A stretch of 64,000 nucleotides of DNA from Lama glama (Eukaryota). Below the pieces are notes generated by a model, which saw only the letters and a list, made by a program, of their open reading frames with translations, was not told where the DNA came from and made no database searches. The translations under genes and the position numbers were made by a program. Positions 24,051 through 36,849 of this stretch are shown piece after piece. How positions within the stretch are numbered: position 1 is the stretch's first letter; each line of letters starts with the position of its first letter. Location: the NCBI GenBank assembly GCA_028534125.1, contig CM052818.1:15378001-15442000 (forward strand), given 5' to 3'.

Positions 24051-27000
24051 TGTAATCTCTATTTTCTCCCACATTCACCACCTACCCAATAAAATAGTGT
24101 GTTTTTCTTTCTTTTAATAAATGAAAACAGCCCTCATTTTTAGAGATGAAAGAAATTCTGTCTCTTAACATCTTCTATTATTAATGAAGTTGTGGATGAG
24201 TAGAGGACCATTAGTAGATGCCAGATTCTACCATGAATGCTGGTCAGATATTAAGGGAAAATTAATTGCAAAGAATACACTTCTATGGCAAATGTGTCAG
24301 AAGCTATGATTTACTAGCTGCGTCTAGACTGTCTGATCCAGATAGTGGTTGGCAGGGCGGCCTGGGTTGTGACAGATGTGGCTTACTGATCATCATTTAA
24401 AGGTAGCATTAATAACATACTTTCAGAGATTATTGACTTAAAGTTATCCTAAGCAGCAGTTAAAAACTTCTATTCGTAGAACACATCCCAAAGAGTGCTG
24501 ATTCATTACAGATACCTGTGTGGCCTTTGCCATCCTCTTTAAGTCTGTCTATGTGCTCAGAATCAAGCAAATAAAAACAACAATTACTATTGTGCCTCAA
24601 ATGGAGGTTAAGGGCAGCTCTGTTTAAGACTTGGCAGAGTCTAGGCACTTAACAAAGCATGAGGAACAGTAAGCAAATAGTAATTGATAAGTAGTTTTAG
24701 CAAAGCTTTCAATCTGGATCCATTGCCTGTCTATCTGTGTAGGGAAGACCATTTGGTACCCTGTGGGACATTTCTAAGAGCATTTGCTTCTGCCCATTGG
24801 TACCACCAGGACTTTTGGATGGTTTCAGGACTTATGAAATAATACTCTTTGTAGAAATGTTTATTTATCCTGGCTCATCTCTGTATTTCATGTCATATAA
24901 TAAAGAGTTGGAGACATTTTGGCTTCTGATTATAAATTCTGAAGCAAAGCTTAGTGTTTATCTATTTAAAATTACTTTGTTGTTTGGTTTTCTCCTTGGA
25001 GCATTACAGTAATGAAGGGCAAAATCTTAAGAGTAAAATTGTCACCTACTTGGTATGAATGTATTCTACTGTATATTTATATATTGGCATACATGTTCCT
25101 TTATGTTCCCTGAATGCATTTTATGGTTTATCTGTCTTAAGTTGTAATGTTCAAGAGGACAGCATCCATGGTGGTTAATTGTTTTGTGCCATAGTACAAG
25201 CTCATAATTGTATAACAAATGCTGTTTACAGATGGTAGTGGTGGTGGTGACTCTGTGTACACTTGTCTTCAGTATTAGCATAATGGACCTGATTTGAAGT
25301 TGGACATGATTGGTTTGCATAGAAGCCTGGAAGTGTCTTAGCATCTTCCCATTAAATCAAAGAATTGGTCTTCAGCATGAATACCAGACAGAATGTCATT
25401 CTACCAAGCAGGTGCAGGATAAACGTCTGGCAGGGTTTGAGAGAGTCAGAGGATGCACAGGAAAGAGCCATAGTGTGAAGAGGCAGGATGGGAGGCACAA
25501 CTGCTACACCAGGTGATCATCACTGGAGGAGGAAGTAAAGCCAACAGCATACGCCTTGCAGAGCTTCCTGAAGAAAAGCCAGGGCTCCTTAGCCAGGGTT
25601 TTGAGGAAGACTCTTACTTTAAAAGGATCTCTAACCAAGAGCATAAGATCAAGAGCCTTTGTGAGACCAGCAGTACAGTGGAAGCTCTGTCCTAGCACAC
25701 CAAAAGGAAGGAGGGAAAACTGAGGTATCAGAAAAAGAGACAGGCCAGATGTGTTTGGACGATGGGGAAAGTTAATTCCCTGGGAAATAGCGTAGTGCAC
25801 AGGGAGGATGGGACGGGTCTTCCTGACACCTGGGACACAGGGGTTCCTGAAACCTTGGGTGTGTGCTGGGGTGGGAGGTTGGAGGGGAAAGGCGCAGCTG
25901 TGAGAGCTTCCCGTGTCTGTCACAGGAGAGGGAAGGTGCTCTGGTGAGAGGCAGCTGGCAGGGAGCAGCAGAGGCAAGAGCAGGTGTGTTTATCCACCTG
26001 CCAAACAAGATCTTACTTGTTCTTCTCCTTGCTCAAGTCCACTGTGTGTGTGAAATTACCCTAGGAAAATGTAGTTGCCGTGGCAGCAAGGGTGACATCT
26101 GTTACTCTGGTGACAGGATCCTCTGAGCCTGTAGAGATGGCAGTGGGGGATGACAGTGACAACCATGTAAGAATTAGAAGAAAAGATGTGAAATACATCA
26201 GAAAAGCTTGTCCCACCACCAGAGTCACAGAATGGGGAAACTGAAGGGTCAGACCCAGCAGAGTCCTCAGTGTCAGCATGCCGGAAGTCCAGCATATTCC
26301 CAAGAAATTGTGATGAACGGCTGATCTATAGCCCGTTTTCTCTCTGCCACACATCAGAGCATCTTTTGTTTCCTTGTGCAGCTTAACAACTAGGCTCCAT
26401 ATTTTTTTTTTTTTTGCCCCTTTAAGTTTGGTCCCCTAGTTCTGATGTTTACTGTCCTGGAACCACAACAGGATCTTGATTCTATCCACAGAACAGTGTA
26501 ATGAGGATCTTGGAAATCTTGGGAATGTTTAGTGGTTGCTGCCACTGATTGTGTAAATGGAATGGAGATTTTAGCTTTAGGACTAAGAAAACTAAGCTAA
26601 GTTTGATCTTGCAGGTTGCTGACATAATTTCAGTTGAGTTCACAGCTTCAACAGTTCTCTAAGACAGTAAGAACATTGGTTGTTGCAAATATTGTGGAGA
26701 GTTGGAACAAATGCTGTTGAGCACCACTTTGTGCTAGATGCTGTGGGGGAAACCCTACAACCCAGGTCAGGGTATTGGGTACACATGTGACCATGGGGCG
26801 AGAGGTCACTGGTGATGCTTAGTGATGGCTAAACAAATGGAATTCCAAGGCCAGGGGAGACTAGGGGAAGAGGAGGTCATAGCTGAGCTGGAGAAATCAT
26901 AGGTTGCTATGGACTAGGAATTAGGGGGATGTGGGCCTGGGCACCGGTCTGTACTGGCCTCTTACCCTGGAGGAAGTCATAGAAGTTTTCTGGAACTCCC

Positions 27001-29141
27001 GAGTTCCTATGAATTAAAAAAAAATGGAGTTTGGTCACAAATAATTTTCAGAATTACTTCATTGTTCTACATTGTATAGTTTACAGCCCCCCCCCCAAGT
27101 AAGAATTAATCAAACCTTAAGGAATTTAGGATTTTGTTATGAGGATTAATTTACAGGACATTTCAGGAGCTGAAATCACATGAGCCAAAGTGTGGAACAA
27201 GAGAGCATGAAGTTCCTGTTAAGGGATATGGACTGGCTTGTCCTGATTATCATAAATAAAATATCCAGAGATAGATATTTGAAATTGTAAATAATCAATA
27301 CTATATGGTGGAAAAAGAGGACAATGTAGTTTGATTCGCGCTTGTGGTGAAAGGTTGATTTTGGTTTATCCTTTCTTAACTGTGGTTCACTTGACTCTGT
27401 AAAGATTCTTTGGTTGATATCATCCTTCAAACTTCAGCAAAAAAAGTCACAGTAAAGAATTATTCTATGTTCCTATATTTTTTAACATTTAGCGAATGGG
27501 GCTACATCTTTGGTTCCCTATCCTAGAGACCTGTAGGCTGTAAATAAGGCATCACCACCCCCATTATCCACCCCGGCAAGAACCTGGAAGGCATGGGTCT
27601 GTATCATAAATTTTCTGAGCATATACATTTGAGAGAAATGTATTGATTACATAATGTTCCGTGTCACACCAATGTGACAAATAAACAAAAACTTCTAAAT
27701 TTTCTCAGTGTTGAGGAGATGGAGAGTGACACTTCAGTGTCGTCAGATGTAGTCTAATTTAGCTAAATTAGCAGCAACACTATTTTAGGGGGTTAACAGC
27801 TTTTGTGCAGAAATGAAGCTGAGTTTGTTTCGGTTTTGATACATCATCCTCACAAGATTGCATTTTTCTTATTAGCTGCCTTTGTATTTCAAAGACTCTA
27901 AGATAGTATTAGGGGGATTATTTTGATGAAAATGCGAGATAGTTGCTTCTATTTATAGTCTTAATCAGGTTTCCAAATGATTCATGCTTGGTATTAAATT
28001 CTGTAGAACAATGACTCTTGAATATTTCCACATTGAAGCTACCTGAATGGCTTTCCTTGCTGTTTACTCCCACAGAAATATTTCTGAGGATGACTGGAAT
28101 TGTGTACAAATAATCATACTGTAAATATTTAAGTGTCATTTTCTCCTTTCAAATCGAGGATCTTATCAATGAAAATGTGATTAAATCCATAGCAGCAGAG
28201 CTTGGATAAATACCTTTAGTAAAGAGAATATAAGTTCTATTATACTTCTCTGGAGAAGTAAGATGAATAAAGAATGGTATGAGTTATCATGAGCAGTTTG
28301 CTGCATCCTCATGGGGTAACAAAGCAGCTTCATGTGCTTGCTCCCAGTGGAGACCAGTTATTACAGAACAGTGCCTAAAGTTTCTTACTAACTCATTAAC
28401 CACTATAATTTATCATTGAATATTAGATTGGTTGCAGGAGGTTTTAGGGGAAGGTCCACACAATTTATGTAGATTACATGCAGATTTAACCTGTACTAGT
28501 TAGACTTCTCTAAAGTCTAATTAACATGACCAGTGCTCCCTGTTTGGCTCATCCACCCACCTAGCACCCTGGCAATCGGAAATATAGTTGGTTTGTCATA
28601 CAAGACACAGCAATCAGAAGATTCATCTTGATGTTTCAGTTAATGGGTGTTTAAACCACCTTGAGGTCATTATCCTTGCAGACATAAATAAAAATACTGT
28701 AATACCCTATCACGGCACCCGCTTCACTGCCTGCCATACTTGGAGATGTTACCTTTCCACTGTCGAGTAGTGTGGTTGGGGCTAATTTCTGATATTTTCC
28801 ATGGGTATGTGATCATGTGAATATAAAGGAAGCACAAACAGTCATAATGAATTATATTTCAGATGTGCAGTAAAACGGAAAGACTGACAATATGAAATAT
28901 GGAGAAAAAGAGGGAAATATATTATGGACGATGGCTTAGAAGAATTCGTGGTCCAGGAAACAAGTTTGTTGAGTCTAACGTGCTACAGGGGCAGCTAAAA
29001 GAAAGATTATAAGTGACCTCTGTCAAGACATCTAAAGATACTGTAGAAGTAGAGATGTAGGAGGGAACAGCCTTGCTCCCCAGTAATTGTTATTGGGGAG
29101 AAACTCATGAAGATGCCTTAAGCCTTATAGGAAAGATTGAC

Positions 29142-29995
29142 CAATCAGTCAATCAATCAGTATTTTAATTGAAGACCTACTGTGTTCTAGGTTTAGGTCT
29201 AGGCACCATAAATATTTAATGGAACAGAGCAGTCTCCCACTGTGAAATTGATATTCTAGTGATGATATATAGATGATAGACTAATAAATACATAGTTTTT
29301 CTCCATGCCATAAGAAACACTGTGGAGAGCAATGAAGTAGGGTAGATGGACTAGGCGTGATAGGAAGAAAGAGGTTTTACTGCTATTTTATAAAGCTGGG
29401 GGAGGATGGGAGATTAACAAGCTTCCCTTTTTGAGGGGTGGAGGGGAAGTAATTAGGTTTATTTGTTTTATTTCTGGAAGAGGTACTGGGGATTGAACCG
29501 AGGAACTCGTGCATGCTAAGCATGCATTCTACCACTTGAGCTATACCCTCCCCACTAACAAGCTTCCTTTTTGAATGGGATATATTGCAGCATGTGAGTA
29601 TTGATAGAAATGATCTGAAAGAGAAGTAATAGAGGAAGACATCATGAGAGGAGTTGTTGATTAAGCATGGAACATGGAATCTAGAACAGATGTGGAGGCT
29701 TGGATTTAGATAGGAGCATGGATAAGTGTGATGATTAAAACTGAGATCAGTGGCGAGGTACAGTTACCATTTTTGCCATGATTTGGCCATGGGAGTAGAT
29801 GCTAAGGTTTTGGTCAAGGACAAGGTCATTGAGGCAGAGAAATTCAAGTAATGAGAAACAAGGGTATCATTGGATAGTTACCTGAAATCGCCAGAAATTA
29901 TGGCAGGAGAGGTGTTGGAGAGTTACAGTGAACCAAGTGCTGAATTGTTCAGGGAATACGGGAGATGACCCAGGCATTCTGTAGGTGACTGTGAC
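29142..29995 (-). mobile_element. L2 (antisense), interrupted by a SINE
   Basis: Reversed 3' end 'aatcaatcagtattttaattgaagacctactgtgttctagg', then purine-rich L2-like body. Confidence 0.7.
29433..29553 (-). mobile_element. tRNA-Ala-derived camelid SINE (vic-1 type)
   Basis: Reverse complement GGGGAGGGTATAGCTCAAGTGGTAGAATGCATGCTTAGCATGCACGAGTTCCTCGGTTCAATCCCCAGTACC... TSD a(t/c)taacaagcttcc at 29413 and 29554. Confidence 0.92.
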
Positions 29996-32347
29996 AATAT
30001 TTAAATAAATAAACATAAACCTTTTAACACTTAGGAGATGGATGCTCCTCTCTGATCCCTCTTCCCTGATTGGAACTGGAGAGGCGTTCTGGTTTGCATT
30101 GGTCCAGTGGGATTGTCCTTTATCTGGAAATTTAGAGATATCAAAACCCAGAGAGTATACAAAATTGTTAGTTGAATGGGATGAGCCAAATCAGTGAACT
30201 GGAGAAATGGGTCAGCTGGGTCATCAAAGTGAGGCAGTGCCTGGACAAGGTAGTTGCATACAGGCAGGAGATCTGAGGACCAGGAAGAGGAGAGCACAGG
30301 AGAGTGTGGGAGTCAGGTAATTGGAAAGCTACTTGGAGATGAAAAGAGCAGAGCAGGGAAGCAGGTTGCTGTTACACTTGGTCTTTTTAGAGATTTCTAA
30401 GTGAGTGTGACAGAGATTGTCCAGTTTTACTTACTAAAAGGGCCAAGATCAGAGTAGACAACACACAAGTGCCAAAGAATATTGTCTCTTATATATAATG
30501 ACTTCTTAATAATTATAAACACCACAACCAGTCCAGAACCCCATCTCTCCATTCTAACCTTATAAAACTTGTGTGTTAATCACTGTATCAGCCTCTTTTA
30601 TTTGGGCATATTGGTGCATGGAAGCTGGAAATCATTTCTGTTGGATTAAGAACGTTAGATCAGTTTTACTGGAGGGACTGAGGGTTCTCATTGGAGAGGG
30701 CGTTGGGAACAGGGAGGCAGCATCTGCTTACTATTTCAGTGTGGATCAACATTAATTAATGTAAGTAGGGAAGGGCAGGGAGTAGAGAGGTCCTGTTTAC
30801 CCCATGGATGCTCTTGGGACCCTAGTGGCTGTTGTCATTTGCACTGACATTTAAAATTCTTTCCGCATTTTCCATCATGTGGTTTGCTTCCCTCATTGAG
30901 TCTCTTTATGTTCACAGCCTGTGTAAGATTTTCTGCTGTCTAAAAAAGCTGTTCAAAATGCAGAACCTTGCTTCCCATCTCCTCTTTTTTACTTCCTGCT
31001 GCTGTTCTTGAAAATAATTGCTCTATATGTTCAATCCACGAAACACGAGAAGAGGTGGAACCTTTACAGATTCTACATTATAAATTTAAGATTGCAATCT
31101 CTTCACTTTCACAAATGCCAAAGATGGGGGTCTCTGCTTTCATTTCTTTCCTGTCAAAAGGACTAAATTTAGTTGGTTGATTTACTTTTTATCATACAAA
31201 CATTAATTTTGCAAAGCAAAGAAGCTTTGCCAGATGGACTTTAGAAAGATTATGTATCTGATCCCTGCAGTCTCAAATCAGAGATAATATATTTGGGACT
31301 TTTTTGGGAGTGAGGGTTTCTTTTTTCCTCTCACGTTCTCATTTATCATTTAGTAGCTTTCCTCTCAATATGCAGAAATAAGGTGTGAGCATATGCATTC
31401 ACCTGTATTTTCTATTAAGGTAAGATAGGTATATATCTTCAATATTATACCAGACTGTACAGATTATAAATGAGCTCTTAAAATTTTGACTCTCAGTCTT
31501 GATGTAAAGGTATTATTAATTTATTTTCCTTACCTTAATGCTGCTTGTTCGTGAGATAAATGAGTTGATTAGAAACAAGAATCCCTGAAGATTGTATGTG
31601 TGTTTGTGTTGGGGTAGCAAAATTATTCTGAGTTGGTGCATTATAAAGCTCTTTGCATGGCTGTAAAGTTATTTATTGTCTTTCATCTCCTTAACTCTCC
31701 AGTGAATCTTCCAGTTATTGTTCCAAACCTTTCTCATACTCATCCAGCTTGCATCCTCCATCATCCCTTAGGTAACCTTGCCTCCTCCTTACTTGAGAGA
31801 TTTTGAAACCATTTGGCTGCCTCAATTTCCACCTACATTAAACTCATTTTATCTCTGCAGTTAAAGCACAGTGTTAGAACGTGGCCATGGTTTTGAAACA
31901 TTTCTAGTTGACTGTCGTCCAGGCTGTTTTTAGGGCTCTTCAACTGCAGTGGGTGCTTTTGAGGGATCAATTGAAGAAGACTCTCTGTAATAAACCCGTT
32001 TGGTCTAGGTTCTCTTTATCTTCAAACAGTGCTTACTATCGAGCATTTTAACATACTTTTTACATTTCTGAGTTTTTAATTTTGGCTCATCCTTTCTGAT
32101 AGTCCATAAAGGACGCATGGGTGTTGTATTTGATGATTTCAAATCTGCTTGGGAACAAGAATATGTATTATATTGCAAATTGGAAGTACCCTAATGCTAA
32201 GATTTAAAATCAGAATTTTAAAAGTTCTTTTATAATCTGTATAGCCGGTAGAGCATTGAAAATGTATAATAGGAAAGAGGATGGGGTGATATCTTAATAG
32301 TTTTAAGTGGAGGTTTAGCTCATGATTGTCCTAGGAGCAAAATACAG

Positions 32348-32640
32348 ATTCATTCATTCACTTATTCCACAAATATTGAACACCTACTATGTTACTTTAG
32401 GCACAGGAGATGCAGCAGTGAAAAAAAAGGAGACAAAAATCCTTGCCCTCAATAAACTCATTGTTCTTGACAATAAACCACATTAATAAATAAGTACAGG
32501 GTGATAAGTGCTAAGGAGAGAGAAATAGAGGAGAAAAGGAAATACAGTTGATGGTCTGGAGACTGAAACTCTAGGTAGGCTAGGGAAATAGTCATTGAGG
32601 AGGTGATTCTTAAGTAAAGACCTGGTGTATGAAGAAGGTA
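32348..32640 (-). mobile_element. L2 3' end
   Basis: 'attcattcattcacttattccacaaatattgaacacctactatg...gcacaggagatgcagcagtgaa...acaaaaatccttgccctc'. Confidence 0.8.
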
Positions 32641-32723
32641 AGTAACCTGTTTTTTAAATTGAAGGCAAGTGAGAGAGCAACACTTGTATAAACACCTCGC
32701 TACTGTTCAGACACATATGCATG

Positions 32724-32744
32724 CACACACACACACACACACAC
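32724..32744. repeat. (CA)n microsatellite
   Basis: About 10 CA units. Confidence 0.9.
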
Positions 32745-34414
32745 ATGTGAAGCACAGCTCTTCACTCAGACATGATAAACAGCCTTCCATGAAGAAACTC
32801 CTTTCCTTTGTTTTTTTCGCTGAGGTAGAGATGGAAACTATACAGCCTAGGCGGTCTTGAGCCAGTGGAGCAATCTGTTCGAGTGTTGTGTTTGGCCTAG
32901 GTAACTGGTGACCTAGGAATTAGTGTTAAAGTTGGAAATGACCCCTATTAACAGTCTGGCTCAGCTCTCTCATTGTATAATGAGGAAATGGAATGGCCCC
33001 CAAAACGTTTGTCAAGCTGGATTGACCAACATAATATCTGTGGAAGACCCATCACTAAACCCACCTATCTTATTCCTGATAGATTGTTTATTTATAGGAA
33101 CCTCACTTCCTTCTGTACCACCACTGCTATGGGGATCATTATGAACTGTGTGCAGCTAAGCTCATAAGATATAGCTGGGAAACTTGGAAAATAATCCCTA
33201 AACAACCATTTCCCTTCTCTGTCATTTCTTTTCTTTAAAAGCGATGAGCATTGTCGTGGCATTGATTGATTTCTGAAGTCATTGACATCACAAAGTATAA
33301 TGGAAACTCTGGGTCTCTCATTTCTTTTCACAAGACTTTTATTTATTTTTTTTAAGCTTTTACTTCTTGGGATGGGCAATGGGGCTGCTTCGCTGTGAGC
33401 TATTGATTGGGATTCAGCTGCAGTGATTCTTGAATTCTCTGTGCATCATTTAGCTCTAGTCTACCCAGCTCCATAACAGACATTTGAGGGTGAATGAAGG
33501 TGTACACATGGACTTCAGCAGGGACCTGTTTAAAGCACAGTGCATCCTGGAAGCTCTCCTATTTAATGCAAAATACCCCCTAAACTTTGTGATTATGAAT
33601 TTGAATTTTTAGTCTTGTGTGCACCTAATTTCATGGTTCCATAGATACTGGGTTGAGATTCGTAACATTTTGGGTTGGTGAGCAGGTTAATTGTGTATGA
33701 AGTAAAGTCTTCATTAATGCAACAAGCTGCCTCCTCTCTCTTGCATGCCCACTGCATTAGAAAGATGGTTTCTACAATGTATAATCATAGAGGACATCTT
33801 CAGAGAGTGTTTTCTGGGAGGCAAACTGAAAAATTGTCAGTATGTCTATAAGATCACAATCATGGTGGTGACTGGAAGAAGGTATACGCTGTGATTCATG
33901 GAAGGCTGTTTATATCATGTCTGAGTGAAGAGCTATGCTTCGTATATGTGTGTGTGCGCACATGTGTCTGAACAGTAGCTAATTTCTTGTTTTTTTCCTT
34001 CCTGCCTCTCATTGTTTCTAGAACTGTCTAATTTTTCATTACTATTCTAGGACTTTACTTCTAAGAGATGAAAAAGAACACTTGAAATATAAATACCCTT
34101 AAAGGAATCATAATTTTTAGAGACTGGCATATTGATCTATTGAGATATTTTTTTACAGGACCAACCCTAGAGAAAGAATGTTTTTGATATTTAATCATTT
34201 TAAATATGCAAACTGTGACTTCTTTAGTTACTTGATATGAAATCAAGTAGCAGATATTTCTAGCAGCAGTGTTCTTCAAAAGATTCAACCAGCACACTGT
34301 TGCATACCTAGCACATGCGAAGTAAACGGGTATGGATCAGTTGACCATGGATATTGTCAGTTTCTTCTCATTCATTTAAAAAATTCAGTTGTCCAAACAT
34401 GCATGCCTGCAGAG

Positions 34415-34680
34415 TGTAGCAAATACTTATTATGAGGCCATTATGCATTAGATTCTGGGTATACAATGGTGAACAAGGAAGAGTTATTTCTCTCAAGGAA
34501 TTCAGTTATAATGGATGATAAAGAAACTGCTAAGGCCATTTTGTTGAATTCTATGTTATATTAAGCTTCCTGAATGTATTGCCCTATGCGTGGTTCTAGA
34601 GATACGAACAAAATTAATGAAGCACTCTTGCCCACTGGGAACTTGCAGTCTAGTTAGAGAGCAAGACCTACTAGATGACC
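34415..34680 (-). mobile_element. Short L2 3' fragments
   Basis: 'caaatacttattatgaggcc...ctgggtatacaatggtgaacaag' and 'cttgcccactgggaacttgcagtctag'. Confidence 0.55.
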
Positions 34681-35724
34681 AGATAACTAGCAGTGCAAGG
34701 CCTTGTAGGGTGACAGGTGAGCGATGCTCTTCTGGTCCTTTCCTCTATTCCAGACGTGCTTTTCTCCCTCGTACCCTCCATGGATGGAGCTTCCTGGTTC
34801 CTCCAGTGACTTAGATTTTACACTTAGAATTCTTCCCTGCTTTACTGTCATCTTTTACCTTTCATTTTTAAACTTCTTTCTCATATTCTCTCATAGTTTC
34901 AAAGGGAAAGTATCCAGTCACTCTATTCTCACCGAATCCTGTCTGCTTGGAAGAATCATCATTTAGCACAGGGGCTGGATTTGTTTCAGGTGTATTATCT
35001 CCATTGAACCATTTAAATCTCTTTTTGCTCTCAGTTTTTGATCATTTCAGATTGCATCTGCCCAAGACCCCATTATTGCCACAAACTGTTTAATCAACTC
35101 AGTGACCTTCATCACACCATAGGCAAAGACCCGTAGAGGTAATTTTGGCAGAAGTGAATCCCTCATACTTGATTTGATAAAAGGATAAAATCACTCTATT
35201 CAACCTAAGTGACCCTATTTGGACTTCTTATTTAACAAAATCCTGGATTAGCTTAGATTGTCAGTGACCATCCTTGCATAAGATAAAATATAATTACATG
35301 ACAATGTTAACCTCTCAAAATTGGTTTTAGAGGGGGAAAGAGATATAATTAGGTAGAGTAAGTGAGAGGAAAGGAGAGAAAGAGAATTTCAGTGGAGGCT
35401 TTATTTTTAGTTTCTTTATTGCAGATGCTAAAATCAGATTTCTGAATGTGAATACAGCATGTCAGACTGCTTTGTCATGGTGCAGAGTGCATCATCTGTC
35501 ATCTAGATGACTGAGCAGGGGAATGGTCTCAGGTTTTATGACTAAATCAGAAATACATTTCCTTTCTTGTAGATGCCTGAATCACCCACACTCCATAAAG
35601 CCTCCTGATCAAATATTTCTTCTATGGAAAAGGGGTATAATCTTGTAAAAGAAGATTGGTTGCTTTGGTCTGTGTTTATATACAGAGATATATTTTATTC
35701 TCTCTTGTTTTGGCATTTGGAGTT

Positions 35725-36385
35725 GCCTTTTAACTGGTTTCACTGCCTCCAATTTCTCCCTATTCCAATCAATTTTGTATTCTGCTATTGAGTTAATCTT
35801 CAGGAGACTCTTACATCACTTGTCTGCTCAGAGCTTTGAATGGCCTCATGTTGTTTCTGTAACAAAGGTCAAACATTTTATCCTCGTATTCTAAAATACT
35901 CAGTTCATTTCAAAATGTTATTTATGAGTACTTTCTTTTATTGGTTCTGTTTCAGTCAAATGAAACTACTGCTATTTGCCATATCCAACACAAACTTTTC
36001 TTATTTCTAAGCCCTTGCCTTAAATGCACTTTCCATTTTCTTAGACTACATTTCTCTGGTCTCCTTACACCTAAAGCTTTTCTGTATTTCAAGACTGAAA
36101 GGCCCCTATTTTTACAAAGTTTTCACAAGATCTTCACTACCATAAGTCATCTCTCTTTTGTTTAAGCCCCCACTACACCTTATTTGTGCATTTTGATGGT
36201 ATAGCACTTCTTCTCCTAATATATGTGTTACGTATATGTGTGTAATTAGACACACACATGGTTCACGTCCGGGTACTGTTTGCTTTGCTAGGCTAAAGTT
36301 ATGAAGGAAATAATGGAATAATCTTCCTTGTACCACTTCTTTGTGTACTGTCTTTCATACAACAGGCATCTAATAATTATTCTTA
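35725..36385 (+). mobile_element. L2, sense
   Basis: 'taactggtttcactgcctcc...tcacttgtctgctcagagctttgaatggcctc...', ending in a degenerate L2 3' terminus. Confidence 0.65.
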
Positions 36386-36849
36386 ATTTAGAGTGTGATG
36401 TGAGGCTTGTCTGTGTTAATCTGTAGCCAAAGATGTAGAATTATGGAAATGTGGGAGTAAAAGGATCCTCAACATAAATAAAATTTTAGTGTGGAGAATA
36501 ATGAAAGTGATTCTATTTTATGATGAAAATACATAAAAGGATATGTCATAACTCATCCATGTCCATCAGAATTTCTAGCAGGGGAATAGAAAGACCATGA
36601 AAATAGCTCGTGCAGTCAGTTGGCCATCCTGCAAAACTTCTTAAAATGTGATGTAATTGAAATACTATTGTTTATATTCAAAAGAGGAAGTGTAACAGCA
36701 CAGGATAGACTACAGTATGTGGTCCTGGTACCAATCAAGAGGGCAAGTAGAGTCAGAAGTCAAAGGCTACAGACAGTTTAGGGAGCTATAAATGCTTGAT
36801 TTAGAGAGGTGGTTTTCATTTTTCATAGCATTCAATTAAAGAATTGAGT

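Noticed and set aside
25513..25695. Protein-looking 60-aa ORF (…ELPEEKPGLLSQGFEEDSYFKR…)
   Set aside because: GTG start, weak upstream acceptor, no recognisable family; purine-rich composition can explain the amino-acid usage.
25504..25977. 157-aa minus-strand ORF
   Set aside because: Expected by chance in a GC-elevated patch; no domain recognised.
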